From a virus (Duplodnaviria; Caudoviricetes): a DNA stretch of 64,000 bases. The translations under genes were made by a program, and so were the position numbers. Below, piece by piece: positions 1-9,085 of the stretch (the stretch's first letter is position 1; each line of letters opens with the position of its first letter). The stretch lies in IMG/VR virus record IMGVR_UViG_3300028840_001835, one strand, 5' to 3'. The notes beneath the pieces were generated by a model. That model was not told the origin of the DNA, did no database searches, and worked only from the letters and a program-made list of their open reading frames with translations.

Positions 1-2
1 TG

Positions 3-878
3 CTCAGGGCGGTGAGATTTGCTTCTCGATTGGACCTCCAACTTGATCCAGAAGTAACAACAGCGATACAAAAGAGCTCCATTAAGATAAAGGACATAGC
101 ACCCGAGCGGGTGACCAAGGAGCTCCTTAAGATGGCGAAACAAAAGGGTGGTAAGTTCGCTGACGCAATCGTGAAACTGGATCAAGTTGGACTCCTTCAT
201 CATATACTTCCGGAAGTAGTAAAGATGAAAGAGTTTGAACATGATATAGAGAATCATCCCGAGGGCGGGGTGTATGCCCATACATTGGCAGCTCTTCGAG
301 CAAGCGATTCCAAGGATCCAATAGTTAATCTATCAATTCTGCTACATGATATTGGAAAGATCAAAACAAAGAAGATGGATGAGAAGGGACGGATCACCTA
401 TTTCCAACATCACAAAGAGGGTGCGGAGATGGTCGATCAGATAGCTCAGAGATTAAAATTGGACACCAAGACAAAAAACGCAATGAAGTTCGCCACTCTT
501 AACCATATGAAAATACACGACTTACTAAAGATGAGTAATAAGAAAATTATTCAATTAATGAATGATCCAAATTGGGCAACCCTTTTAGCGGTCGGGGAAA
601 TGGACGCACGTGCCCGCGGAAAGATGTTCAATAAGAAGGAGTGGGATGCCATCAAAGTCAAGATAGACGCCATTACACGGCAGTTCGCAGACAAGGGTAC
701 TGACGCCCTCACCAACATACGAAAAGTCGTTACAGGCTCTCTAATCATGCGCTTAAAGAGAATCAAGCCGGGACCAGCTGTTGGTCGATATATTCAAAAG
801 ACGGTCGATTGGATCGCGGACAATAACATAAATATTAAAGACGAGGCCAAGATAAAGAAATTTATCAAACAGCTATAG
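3..878 (+). CDS. cca: CCA-adding tRNA nucleotidyltransferase, C-terminal part with HD domain (5' truncated by window edge)
   Basis: LRAVRFASRL, ERVTKEL, HPEGGVYAHT, LLHDIGK motifs; frame open to window start; ends in TAG followed by the RBS of the next gene. Confidence 0.85.
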   Translation, partial: LRAVRFASRLDLQLDPEVTTAIQKSSIKIKDIAPERVTKELLKMAKQKGGKFADAIVKLDQVGLLHHILPEVVKMKEFEHDIENHPEGGVYAHTLAALRASDSKDPIVNLSILLHDIGKIKTKKMDEKGRITYFQHHKEGAEMVDQIAQRLKLDTKTKNAMKFATLNHMKIHDLLKMSNKKIIQLMNDPNWATLLAVGEMDARARGKMFNKKEWDAIKVKIDAITRQFADKGTDALTNIRKVVTGSLIMRLKRIKPGPAVGRYIQKTVDWIADNNINIKDEAKIKKFIKQL

Positions 879-886
879 GAGGAAAT

Positions 887-1129
887 ATGGACTTTAAGCA
901 AGTTGTAAATGAAAAAATGACACCAAATCAAAGGAAAGATATCGGTGATGCCCTAAAGGCATTTGTTAATGTCGATGAAATGGATGAGGATGATATTGAA
1001 TTAATCACCCATCATATGACAGGCAAGGATGTTCCTTCTCAGAATGATACAAAAAGAACATATAAGAAATTATTTGAATTAGAGAAACAGTGGTCTAAAC
1101 TGGTTGATACGTTTGTCAAAAAACTATAG
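887..1129 (+). CDS. small protein with capsid-targeting-like N-terminus (MDFKQVVNE)
   Basis: GGAGG RBS; N-terminus resembles T4 internal-protein CTS ending in E. Confidence 0.6.
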   Translation: MDFKQVVNEKMTPNQRKDIGDALKAFVNVDEMDEDDIELITHHMTGKDVPSQNDTKRTYKKLFELEKQWSKLVDTFVKKL

Positions 1130-1137
1130 GAGACACC

Positions 1138-1380
1138 ATGGGAAGATTCACTAAATTCATAATAGAAGATCAGAAGGCCGACATTAAGAAATTGATCAAT
1201 AATCCAAAGGAACTAAAGCTCATTATAAAAACAGGCGAGGTCGAAACTGACACCGATGCCTTTGATAAACTATACAAATACTTTACTGATAAGGGAATGA
1301 TGCCTTATGGTGTCGCCAAGGCAAGAACGGGCGATCCTGTCATTTGGTTAGGTCAACAGATTCAAAGGATATTCAAATAA
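1138..1380 (+). CDS. small protein with CTS-like N-terminus (MGRFTKFIIE)
   Basis: GGAG RBS; compact ORF in operon. Confidence 0.6.
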   Translation: MGRFTKFIIEDQKADIKKLINNPKELKLIIKTGEVETDTDAFDKLYKYFTDKGMMPYGVAKARTGDPVIWLGQQIQRIFK

Positions 1381-1381
1381 A

Positions 1382-1792
1382 ATGAAATTCAAACATCTTC
1401 TCAATGAAAAATACATGAAAACCACCAAAGTAGATGGCGATGTTGTTGAGATTTTTGTCAATCCAGATCCCGGCGAGATAAAGGCCATAAGTAAAGCGGG
1501 TCTCTTTAAGGATGTTCGATTTGGTGTCGAGGATAAGAAGAACGGAAAGATATATGCCTGGACGGGTGACAAGATACATGAAAAGTTATTGAAGCATATA
1601 GACTTTGATTGGGCGTTTCAATGGACCCCTGGACAACCTGCACTTGGAAGTACATGGGCGCCTCAGTGGGTATCATTTAAAAACAAGGATAGTTTCAAAA
1701 AGAAGATTAAGAAACTTATACCCCAAGTCAAATACATCGGAATAATTGGAATGGACAAAGGAAGGTTAAAAAGTTTAAAGGTTGATCTATGA
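1382..1792 (+). CDS. putative internal head protein, paralog family A
   Basis: MKFKHLLNE N-terminus; shares KY.KT..VE.F.NP, RF, KIYAW..H with 2427-2840 and 2842-3258. Confidence 0.7.
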   Translation: MKFKHLLNEKYMKTTKVDGDVVEIFVNPDPGEIKAISKAGLFKDVRFGVEDKKNGKIYAWTGDKIHEKLLKHIDFDWAFQWTPGQPALGSTWAPQWVSFKNKDSFKKKIKKLIPQVKYIGIIGMDKGRLKSLKVDL

Positions 1793-2430
1793 AATTTACC
1801 GATCTTCTCAATGAGGAACAGGCGACTCACACAGAGTTGCTCTCTCATTTAAAGAAAATGGGAAGCAGTCCTGTGATGTATAGAGGACACAATCTAAAAT
1901 TCTCACACGGGGCAAACAAAATAAAAAACGACAGAAAGGATTTGGCGTTCAAAGGTAAGATATTGGATACAACACATGGAAAAATGCAGGCAATTCTTAA
2001 AGGGATTGGAATTTTAAAACCTGTCTTTGTTACAACCGCTCCAGCAAAAGCGTCTGTGTTTGGTCAGGTGTATGTAGTCATTCCGAAGGGCAAATGGAAT
2101 GTAAAATATTCAGAAGAGGTCAAGGACTTGACGGATGTTACTAAAAATAAAAAGACAGCAGCCGCATTGATAGATACATATAAAGACGGAATAAAGAAGA
2201 AATATGATGAACTTGTATTGGATACAAAGGAATATTTTTTACTTTCTCCTTCATTCTTTTTGAATCTATCTCCAAAGTGGGTTCAAGAAAAATTCAATTT
2301 GGTGAAGGGTTTTAGAGAGGGATCTGACGCTTATAGGAAGAGAGTTTTCAAGGAGCTGGATACATATAAGAAAGTATATGAAATGATAAAGGCATATGAT
2401 TCATATTATAAATGGAGAAAGAGTCAGTGA
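1789..2430 (+). CDS. putative internal head protein
   Basis: MKFTDLLNEE N-terminus; ATGA overlap with previous gene. Confidence 0.65.
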   Translation: MKFTDLLNEEQATHTELLSHLKKMGSSPVMYRGHNLKFSHGANKIKNDRKDLAFKGKILDTTHGKMQAILKGIGILKPVFVTTAPAKASVFGQVYVVIPKGKWNVKYSEEVKDLTDVTKNKKTAAALIDTYKDGIKKKYDELVLDTKEYFLLSPSFFLNLSPKWVQEKFNLVKGFREGSDAYRKRVFKELDTYKKVYEMIKAYDSYYKWRKSQ

Positions 2431-2840
2431 AATTCAGAGATGTATTGGATGAAAAATATTTAAAGACTGTAAGGGCAAAAACATTTCCCGTTGGATATGA
2501 GACTGTGGAAGTATTTGAAAATCCAGCGCCAACCGAAATTCAATCAATAGCAAAACAATGGGGCGGCTCTGTTCGATTTGGTGTAATAGACAAACCAAAC
2601 GGAAAGATATATGCATGGGGAGGAGAAATACTTCACCCAAATATGAAAGAGAATCCAGATGGGGTTGACTTTGATTTTGGGTTTTACTATGAGTTTAGAA
2701 CACCTGAAATTATATATACAGATCAGAAGTATTCATTTGCAAGATTTAAAAACAAAAAGAAACTTATAGAAAGAATAAAGAAGATGTTACCAAAAGCAAA
2801 AACCTTTAGACCGTTTGGCGGAAAACCATTCAAGATTTAA
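2427..2840 (+). CDS. putative internal head protein, paralog family A
   Basis: GTG start in GTGA overlap gives MKFRDVLDEKYLKT. Confidence 0.7.
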   Translation: MKFRDVLDEKYLKTVRAKTFPVGYETVEVFENPAPTEIQSIAKQWGGSVRFGVIDKPNGKIYAWGGEILHPNMKENPDGVDFDFGFYYEFRTPEIIYTDQKYSFARFKNKKKLIERIKKMLPKAKTFRPFGGKPFKI

Positions 2841-2841
2841 A

Positions 2842-3258
2842 ATGAAATTTAGTGATCTTTTAAATGAAAAATATTTCAAGACTGTAAAGTTAAAGGGACG
2901 TGCTGTTGAGTTTTTTGTAAATCCTTCAAGTGATGAAGTAAGAAAAACGATTGATAAGGATGGATGGGGAGCCAGATTTTTCATTGAAGATAAAAAGAAA
3001 CCTAAGATATATGCATGGCCAGCGACATTTTTACATAGGGATGTTATCAAACATATACCAGGTAAAAAACTCTTTGGTTTTTACTATGAACCTGGAAGAG
3101 CACATTCTATTATGGGAGACAACTCCGTCGGATGGTTAAACTGGAAGGATGTCAAAAACAAAGAGGAAGTGATCGCTGCGATCAAGAAAATGTTACCCAA
3201 GGTCAAGTATAAAAGTTTTTGGCCAGAGTTAGGATTTAGTTATTTACATGAAATTTGA
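2842..3258 (+). CDS. putative internal head protein, paralog family A
   Basis: ATG at 2842 gives MKFSDLLNEKYFKT. Confidence 0.7.
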   Translation: MKFSDLLNEKYFKTVKLKGRAVEFFVNPSSDEVRKTIDKDGWGARFFIEDKKKPKIYAWPATFLHRDVIKHIPGKKLFGFYYEPGRAHSIMGDNSVGWLNWKDVKNKEEVIAAIKKMLPKVKYKSFWPELGFSYLHEI

Positions 3259-4435
3259 AACAATATTAAACGAAGGGCAACTTGGAACCAAGAAGGCGAA
3301 GGTCTTTGAGACCGCGGTTGCCATGATCACTCCGTTTTATATAGAGAAAAGATTTTCCAACGCTATCAAATGTATCGAATACATTAAGAAAACCAGTAAC
3401 GATGTATTGATCAAGGAGCTAAATTCCCTTTTTCAGCGGTTTTTCGGGACCGGGAGCCCGGCCCTGATACTTGAATCTTTATTGAGTAATGAAAAATGGC
3501 TGGTCGGTACATGCTATACAGCAGAGGCAATTAAGAAAGAACTTAAGGCCACAAAAAAAGATACATTCCATAAAGATAGTGATGTAGTCAAGCAGCTCGA
3601 GGCACACGTTAAGAAACTACTCAAGGACGCCAATGTATCGGGCATGGATATAAACAAATGGAACCCCGCAGATGTATGGATGTTTAAGAATCCCACAAAG
3701 ACATTACGCACGATATTAAAATTCAAGACGATTGAAGATATAAACGAATATATGATGAGGGAGGCTAAGGGCGGCCGAAACATCGTTGGTATATCATTGA
3801 AGAAAGCCACAAAAAATCCCCCCGTTAAGTGGTTCAATATTGCCGAGATGTCGAAGGAAGCGGATGTCGAGCTTGATCAGATAAAGCATAATATTATGAC
3901 CAAGTTGACAGCCATGACCAAGGACGCTCTCCTCATCGATCTTGATGATAATATAAAGTTCCAGATTCGGAGTACCCGGAAGATTGGAACTCGGGTCAAG
4001 GGTGAGATCAAACAAAAGGGAAAGAAGGGACTTGCCGGGGGAGTAGGTTTTACTGCCATGGTTGGTTGGTTAGAAAAAAACACCAAAGGTAAAGTGATAC
4101 AGTTCTCTCGAAATGAGATAATAATAGATGAACAAATTAGTGAAAAGTTTTTAGGTTTCTTTCTACATATAATATTGGAACTCAAGAAAAGGAAGGAGTT
4201 GGATGTTGGCTTCCTTCGTAACTTCAAAGACATGAAAGACCTTGAAAAGGTGATAGAGGAATTGACCATAGAGAAGAAAGGCGATATAAACCAGGTCGGT
4301 GACATACTATCATCCAAGGTTCAAGCACTCCAGATAGCACTACACGCCAATGATGACTTTTTTAAATTCGTATATAAGTATTCCACAAGTAGCATAGGTA
4401 ATACATCATCGGTCTTTTTAAAGATTGGCGCATAA
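3248..4435 (+). CDS. CTS-bearing protein with possible PD-(D/E)XK nuclease core
   Basis: MKFETILNE N-terminus; WNPADVW ... GISLKK motif pair. Confidence 0.5.
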   Translation: MKFETILNEGQLGTKKAKVFETAVAMITPFYIEKRFSNAIKCIEYIKKTSNDVLIKELNSLFQRFFGTGSPALILESLLSNEKWLVGTCYTAEAIKKELKATKKDTFHKDSDVVKQLEAHVKKLLKDANVSGMDINKWNPADVWMFKNPTKTLRTILKFKTIEDINEYMMREAKGGRNIVGISLKKATKNPPVKWFNIAEMSKEADVELDQIKHNIMTKLTAMTKDALLIDLDDNIKFQIRSTRKIGTRVKGEIKQKGKKGLAGGVGFTAMVGWLEKNTKGKVIQFSRNEIIIDEQISEKFLGFFLHIILELKKRKELDVGFLRNFKDMKDLEKVIEELTIEKKGDINQVGDILSSKVQALQIALHANDDFFKFVYKYSTSSIGNTSSVFLKIGA

Positions 4436-4437
4436 GG

Positions 4438-4465
4438 TTGACAACAAAATAAAATTTACTATATT
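4438..4465 (+). promoter_or_regulatory. phage early-type promoter TTGACA-N16-TATATT
   Basis: TTGACA 4438-4443, TTTAC-TATATT to 4465; one of nine copies. Confidence 0.7.
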
Positions 4466-4483
4466 TTATTAAATTGAAGAGGA

Positions 4484-5158
4484 GTGAAATCAATGAAAAA
4501 TGTTTTCCTTGTTTCGGGCAAACTACAGTCCGGTAAGAATCAGTTTGCTGAATACCTTGGTCAGGTGATCCAGCTTAATGAAGGAACAGTTACCTTTGAC
4601 CTTTTTGCAAAGGACGTGAAAGAAGGTTCTAGGGACGACTTTAAAAAACTATATGAGTATATAAATAGTAAGGTGAGGGCCATTCGACAAGATTTAATGT
4701 TATTGTCTTGCACCTGTCAATTCACCATAGAGCCACATCTCAATGATCTGGAGACTAAAGAAGATAATTTCTTTGAGGACAAGACAGACCTCACCAGAAT
4801 ACTTCTTCAGTTATATGGAACCGACATATTCCGCAAGAGAATTGACGATGATTATTGGGTCAAGAAATTAATATCAAGGGTTCAGAATTCAGAAGCCGAT
4901 AACATAATTGTTACCGATGTTCGTTTTCCGAATGAGATTGAATTGTTTAAGGGAACACCGGGTATAAATCCCATCTCAATTAGGATAGAGAGGAAGATGG
5001 TTCGTAAGGAAGATTTTCAGGAGCACGAATCAGAGACTTCGCTTGATGAATATAAATTTTGGGACTTTATTGTCGAGAATAATGGAACATTAGAGGATCT
5101 ATATGGGTCTGCAGAAACCATTAACAATGAGGTGATCAAAGATCGAATCCTATCATAA
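4484..5158 (+). CDS. deoxynucleoside monophosphate kinase (T4 gp1-like)
   Basis: SGKLQSGK P-loop, LQLYGTDIFR, IVTDVRFPNE. Confidence 0.85.
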   Translation: MKSMKNVFLVSGKLQSGKNQFAEYLGQVIQLNEGTVTFDLFAKDVKEGSRDDFKKLYEYINSKVRAIRQDLMLLSCTCQFTIEPHLNDLETKEDNFFEDKTDLTRILLQLYGTDIFRKRIDDDYWVKKLISRVQNSEADNIIVTDVRFPNEIELFKGTPGINPISIRIERKMVRKEDFQEHESETSLDEYKFWDFIVENNGTLEDLYGSAETINNEVIKDRILS

Positions 5159-5166
5159 ATATATAC

Positions 5167-5595
5167 ATGAAGTATAGATGCATAGGATCAGAGTTTAGTA
5201 TAAAGGAGTTGGAGTCAGTCCTAAGAATATCTGTACGTTTCTATCTTGACAAGAAGGTGCATAAGAAAATCAAGCAAGAGTATGCGACCAAAGGAAACGA
5301 TATTATAATAGACTTGTTGTTTATGGACAACAGGCATCATACCCAACCAAATTATCATATACAATGGGACTTGGATCTTTCCGAATCAATGAAGAAAAGG
5401 AAAGAGACCAAAGAGGAATTCATAGATTTCTATGCACGGCAGGTCAAAGGAATAATAAATAATAAGGCAATGGCCCTTCTTGATTTAAGGAGCGAGGATG
5501 AAGGGTTAAGATTACTTTCACTAATCAGATTAAAACTTATCAAGATGAAGTTATTGAAAGAAGGAAAAGATGAAAGGAAGAGTTCTGATAGTTAA
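5167..5595 (+). CDS. hypothetical protein
   Basis: 142-aa ORF in operon; CATAAATA late-like box just upstream. Confidence 0.6.
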   Translation: MKYRCIGSEFSIKELESVLRISVRFYLDKKVHKKIKQEYATKGNDIIIDLLFMDNRHHTQPNYHIQWDLDLSESMKKRKETKEEFIDFYARQVKGIINNKAMALLDLRSEDEGLRLLSLIRLKLIKMKLLKEGKDERKSSDS

Positions 5596-6106
5596 CCAAA
5601 ACGATATGCCTCTGTCGATACATGAGATGGACAGGGCTATGCTGCTGTGGGATAAAAACAAAGCAGGTATTGTGGAGGTATATGATGACCAGTTCTTCGA
5701 TGTATTTGGTGAGAAGATTGGTCTTCCCGCAGTGATGCGTATGAACTACTTTGTTAAGATCAACAAAAAGAGACCGCTCCGTGATTTCTATTCAAAGGTC
5801 AATATATGGAAACGAGATGGCGGCCGATGCCAATACTGCGGTCGAAAGGTATCGGTTCGGGAGTTCACAGTCGACCACATCATTCCAAGATGTAAGGGTG
5901 GACAATCAATCTGGACTAATATTGTTACGGCCTGTAAAAAATGTAACAATAAGAAGGACTGCAAGACCTTGAAAGAGGCAGGTATGAAACTAATAAAACG
6001 TCCGGTCGTTCCCGACATCGTGGAAACCGTTTGCGACAATATAAGGCACAAGTTCCTCAACCTGGATAGGGTGGATCACCCATCTTGGTACAATTACATC
6101 AAGTAA
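5570..6106 (+). CDS. HNH endonuclease (McrA-like)
   Basis: RDGGRCQYCG, TVDHIIPRCKGG, NIVTACKKCNNKK. Confidence 0.9.
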   Translation: MKGRVLIVNQNDMPLSIHEMDRAMLLWDKNKAGIVEVYDDQFFDVFGEKIGLPAVMRMNYFVKINKKRPLRDFYSKVNIWKRDGGRCQYCGRKVSVREFTVDHIIPRCKGGQSIWTNIVTACKKCNNKKDCKTLKEAGMKLIKRPVVPDIVETVCDNIRHKFLNLDRVDHPSWYNYIK

Positions 6107-6195
6107 AATGAGAGTAGCATATCCAGAGGCTCAACTGAACCTGTTCAATAAGAACAGGAAGGTTGAGCCTATTTTCTTTAAAGGAAAGGAAAACA

Positions 6196-7008
6196 ATGAT
6201 CCGAGACAATTTGAAAGGGCTAATAGGCAATATAAGAAAAGCCAAGGAAGAGAAAAGACCCTGGGTCGATACATTGATGTTTATATCTAAGTTCCGAGGA
6301 ATAATCAGCTTGGCGTTGATGCTTCTGCTGTTTATTTTCTTTGTGAACAAGATTGATATCATGACAGATAACATCGGTGATAGGATGAACCAGATCGATG
6401 ATAAGGTGAACAGGTTAATCCTTAAGATCAATAAAAGAGGATTGGATGTACAGGGTGTCAAGAACATAATTCTGAAATACTGTGATCATATTTCAGTTGA
6501 CACTGCATACATATATGCTGAGGAGATTGTTAGTCTGGCCAATACATATGAGGTCCTAACCCCATCATTACTAACAGCCCAGATATATCAAGAGAGTAAG
6601 TTTTTTAAGGACACTGTTTCAAAAGCAGGAGCTGAGGGTCTAATGCAGATAATGCCAGAGACCCAAGCAATGATCTGCGCAGAATGGAGTATGACTTGTA
6701 CGGATAAAACTGCGTTCAATCCGATAATAAATATGAGGATGGGAGCTTGGTATATGGACTGGTTGATCAAAAGAATCAAACTAATCGAGAACAATAGAAA
6801 CGGCGCATTGGCTTATTATAACGGAGGGGGAAGACAGGCTTTTAGATATATGTTACTTGAAAAGAGTTTGAAAGGTGTTGAACTGGACTCTCTTGAAACA
6901 CATTATATGGAGGCATTAGCAACCGAGACCAAGAACTATGTTTCAAAAATAAATCGGCGGGACTCACTATTCCATCGGATTATAGCAGACCAATTACCAA
7001 CTGGTTAA
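6196..7008 (+). CDS. lytic transglycosylase (SLT domain) with N-terminal membrane anchor
   Basis: QESKF, SKAGAEGLMQIMP, AYYNGG motifs; hydrophobic segment near N-terminus. Confidence 0.85.
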   Translation: MIRDNLKGLIGNIRKAKEEKRPWVDTLMFISKFRGIISLALMLLLFIFFVNKIDIMTDNIGDRMNQIDDKVNRLILKINKRGLDVQGVKNIILKYCDHISVDTAYIYAEEIVSLANTYEVLTPSLLTAQIYQESKFFKDTVSKAGAEGLMQIMPETQAMICAEWSMTCTDKTAFNPIINMRMGAWYMDWLIKRIKLIENNRNGALAYYNGGGRQAFRYMLLEKSLKGVELDSLETHYMEALATETKNYVSKINRRDSLFHRIIADQLPTG

Positions 7009-7171
7009 GGAGGTACAAGTGAGAAGGACAGATCGTGTTTCTAAGAAAGAACTGAATAGAAAAATAGGATCAAACAATAAGAAGAAAAAGAACACAACAC
7101 GAAAAGGTATGGAGCCTTACAAGAGAAAAAGGAAGGATTTTCTAAAGGATATTTAACGTATAGGAGATACA

Positions 7172-7456
7172 ATGGAAACTGCATTATTGATAGGATGGAT
7201 AGGTATAGGATTGTTGGCTATAATTGCAGTCTTACTATTCACCTTTGTGAAAGGCATAAACTCACTTCTCGATCAAGGTGTTATGGTATTCAAAGCACAG
7301 AGTGAATGGGCAAATCAGATTCTGGACAAGCTCTATGAGGAAAAGAATTCAGGCCAGATCGAGGAGGATAAAGATTCACAGGAGATATATAGAAAGGGCG
7401 AGGAGCTCCTGGACAAGATCAAAGATAATTCCAAAAAAGAAGTTGACGAAAAATAA
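7172..7456 (+). CDS. single-pass membrane protein
   Basis: hydrophobic N-terminal helix, GGAG RBS. Confidence 0.6.
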   Translation: METALLIGWIGIGLLAIIAVLLFTFVKGINSLLDQGVMVFKAQSEWANQILDKLYEEKNSGQIEEDKDSQEIYRKGEELLDKIKDNSKKEVDEK

Positions 7457-7532
7457 AAATTGACTAAATTTAAAACGATGAGTGATCAAACTAACTAACC
7501 TAAACCGATAACTAAACCAAGAAAGGATCATT

Positions 7533-8675
7533 ATGCCAGACATAAAAGAAACAATGGCAATCATAGAAGCCACTCCAGACGACCAGGCCATACTTCTGGA
7601 AGGAAAGCATGGTATTGGTAAAAGTGAGTGCGTCAGAACTTACTTTGAGGGAAAAGGTTACCGAGTCGTAACCAAATTCCTTGGACAGTTGGCTGACGCC
7701 GGTGACCTTATCGGGTTGCCGAGGCACACCGAGGACCCAGAGTCAGGAGTCGTTCACACGGACTTCGCACCTCCTACCTGGTGGCCCATGACAATGGAAG
7801 AGAATGTCATACTCTTCCTGGACGAGCTGAACAGGGGTAAGCCCGAGGTCATGCAGTGCATCATGGACATGGTGCTGAACCGCAGACTTAACGATAGAAA
7901 GCTGCCAACCAAGTGTAGGATAATCGCCGCTATGAACCCAGTCAGTGATGACGGGTACTACGAGGTTGAGGAGCTGGACCCGGCGTTACTTGATAGATTC
8001 AACCGTTACGACTTTCTGCCCTCGGTTAACGAGTGGCTGGATTGGGCGACCAAAGCAAAGTGCCATAAATTCGTGATTGGCTTCATCGCAAAACATCCGA
8101 ATCATCTTGATCCGGAGACAAGCGCAAAGGCGGGAGCCGAGAGGAACACAATTCAGGCTTCCAGGCGTTCATGGAAGAGGGTGTCTGACATCCTTAACAA
8201 GAACCCCAACCTGAATGTCCACACCATGAGGGACACGTTCCTTGGTATCCTTGGACCGAAGTCCACCTCCGTGTTCACCAAGTATGTGAAAGAGGAAGGT
8301 AAGGGACTTGACGCTGCGAAGGTCATACTCAAGTACAGCAAGACGATAGAAAATACTCTGAAGAGTCTGGACATTCAGACAGTGACACAGCTCAACAGAG
8401 AGATCGCAATCTGGTTCAAAGAACAGGAGAAGGACATTAAACTCTCCAAGCAGCTTGGCGCCAACACGACCAAGAACTTGCAGAAGTACCTTAACACTAT
8501 TCAGCCAGAGGCGATGGCAGAGTTCTTTGATCTTCTTTCTCGCTCCAACACGGACGGAGAGACTTGGCCTCAGACTCTCTTGAATCTGAATCCTAATCTG
8601 GCCGAGAAGTTCTTCAAGATCGTCCACGGCGAGAAGATCGAGGATAAGCAGACAGACGATGAGTGGGATGATTAA
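7533..8675 (+). CDS. MoxR-like AAA+ ATPase
   Basis: GKHGIGKS Walker A, LFLDELNR Walker B, AAMNP, DPALLDRF. Confidence 0.9.
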   Translation: MPDIKETMAIIEATPDDQAILLEGKHGIGKSECVRTYFEGKGYRVVTKFLGQLADAGDLIGLPRHTEDPESGVVHTDFAPPTWWPMTMEENVILFLDELNRGKPEVMQCIMDMVLNRRLNDRKLPTKCRIIAAMNPVSDDGYYEVEELDPALLDRFNRYDFLPSVNEWLDWATKAKCHKFVIGFIAKHPNHLDPETSAKAGAERNTIQASRRSWKRVSDILNKNPNLNVHTMRDTFLGILGPKSTSVFTKYVKEEGKGLDAAKVILKYSKTIENTLKSLDIQTVTQLNREIAIWFKEQEKDIKLSKQLGANTTKNLQKYLNTIQPEAMAEFFDLLSRSNTDGETWPQTLLNLNPNLAEKFFKIVHGEKIEDKQTDDEWDD

Positions 8676-8727
8676 TTCATCCTACTCGGGTAGCTGGAGT
8701 TGATAACAGTATAGGAGACTGATTGAA

Positions 8728-9003
8728 ATGATTAACGGAAAGATATATCCCTATATCTCTGCAGTCGAAAAGCCCTATGATTGGGAGTTTTACTTCACGG
8801 TGAAGCCTTCAAGAAGGGTATACCTGAAAGGGATCAGCAAGGCCAAGTTGGCTAAGTTGAGAAAGAGAACAGCAGAGACCGGATATTTGGAAAGACTTCG
8901 TGCCCTGAACAATGGGTTTGGAGCTTCCACCAGAGCCGAGTATGCCAGAACTTTTTACAAGAAGGTTTTTGGCCGCAAAGGCATCACTACGAGAATACCG
9001 TAG
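8728..9003 (+). CDS. hypothetical basic protein
   Basis: GGAG RBS, 91 aa, followed by hairpin. Confidence 0.55.
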   Translation: MINGKIYPYISAVEKPYDWEFYFTVKPSRRVYLKGISKAKLAKLRKRTAETGYLERLRALNNGFGASTRAEYARTFYKKVFGRKGITTRIP

Positions 9004-9010
9004 TTTCAAT

Positions 9011-9034
9011 ATGTGAGCCCTTCGGGGCTCACAT
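9011..9034 (+). terminator. stable hairpin with C(UUCG)G loop (terminator or processing site)
   Basis: ATGTGAGCCC TTCG GGGCTCACAT perfect 10-bp stem. Confidence 0.6.
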
Positions 9035-9085
9035 CAGTTGAGTTTTTATAGTACCGACACGAACCAACAACTAGAAAGGATAACA

